In this document: one piece after another, positions 43,131 to 43,156 of the stretch
Position numbering within the stretch: the first letter of the stretch is position 1
Layout of the letters: every line of letters begins with the position of its first letter
IMG/VR virus record: IMGVR_UViG_3300024309_000003
Span: 1 to 43,156 of that record
Length of the DNA stretch: 43,156 nucleotides
DNA from: a virus
Taxonomy: Duplodnaviria > Caudoviricetes
Reading direction: 5' to 3' (one strand)
Notes under the pieces: generated by a model
Databases searched by the model: none
What the model saw: only the letters and a program-made list of their open reading frames with translations
Told to the model about the DNA's origin: nothing
Program-made: the position numbers and the translations under genes

Positions 43131-43156
43131 GTCTGGATGATTTGTTGACCTGCATC

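Overview
Almost the whole window (1..43090) is one GC-rich, lambdoid temperate siphophage prophage, probably from a betaproteobacterium (inferred from the CTGT-N8-ACAG LexA boxes, high GC and the gene families). Its right junction is the duplicated 3' half of a tRNA-Ser(CGA) gene; the integrase and left junction lie outside the window. The gene order is: leftward early operon (Ea22-like, C5 methyltransferase, Rad50/SbcC-like ATPase, DUF2303, RecT, HNH-AP2, RecE-like exonuclease, a 9-aa-repeat protein); immunity region; rightward early genes (Cro, CII-like, adenine methylase, replication protein, RusA, Q-like); a phage initiator-type tRNA-Met; head, tail and lysis modules; and a terminal accessory cassette. 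Four observations stand out. (1) The terminal cassette looks like an anti-CRISPR locus: an Aca4/TrfB-like HTH gene, a promoter with an inverted-repeat operator, two unknown small proteins, and a self-standing ~80-nt RNA gene. That RNA is a solitary type I-C CRISPR-like repeat plus a spacer-like segment, with its own promoter and terminator. (2) The C5 methyltransferase is written in two fully overlapping frames, and a single G10 tract knocks both out of register (G8 or G11 restores both); the adenine methylase carries an in-frame G8 tract. (3) The CI repressor lacks an autocleavage domain, while a monocistronic 63-aa gene in the immunity region has a LexA box in its promoter spacer (candidate antirepressor). 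(4) A pair of membrane-protein genes occupies the lambda rexAB position. All family assignments come from motif recognition by eye, not from database searches.
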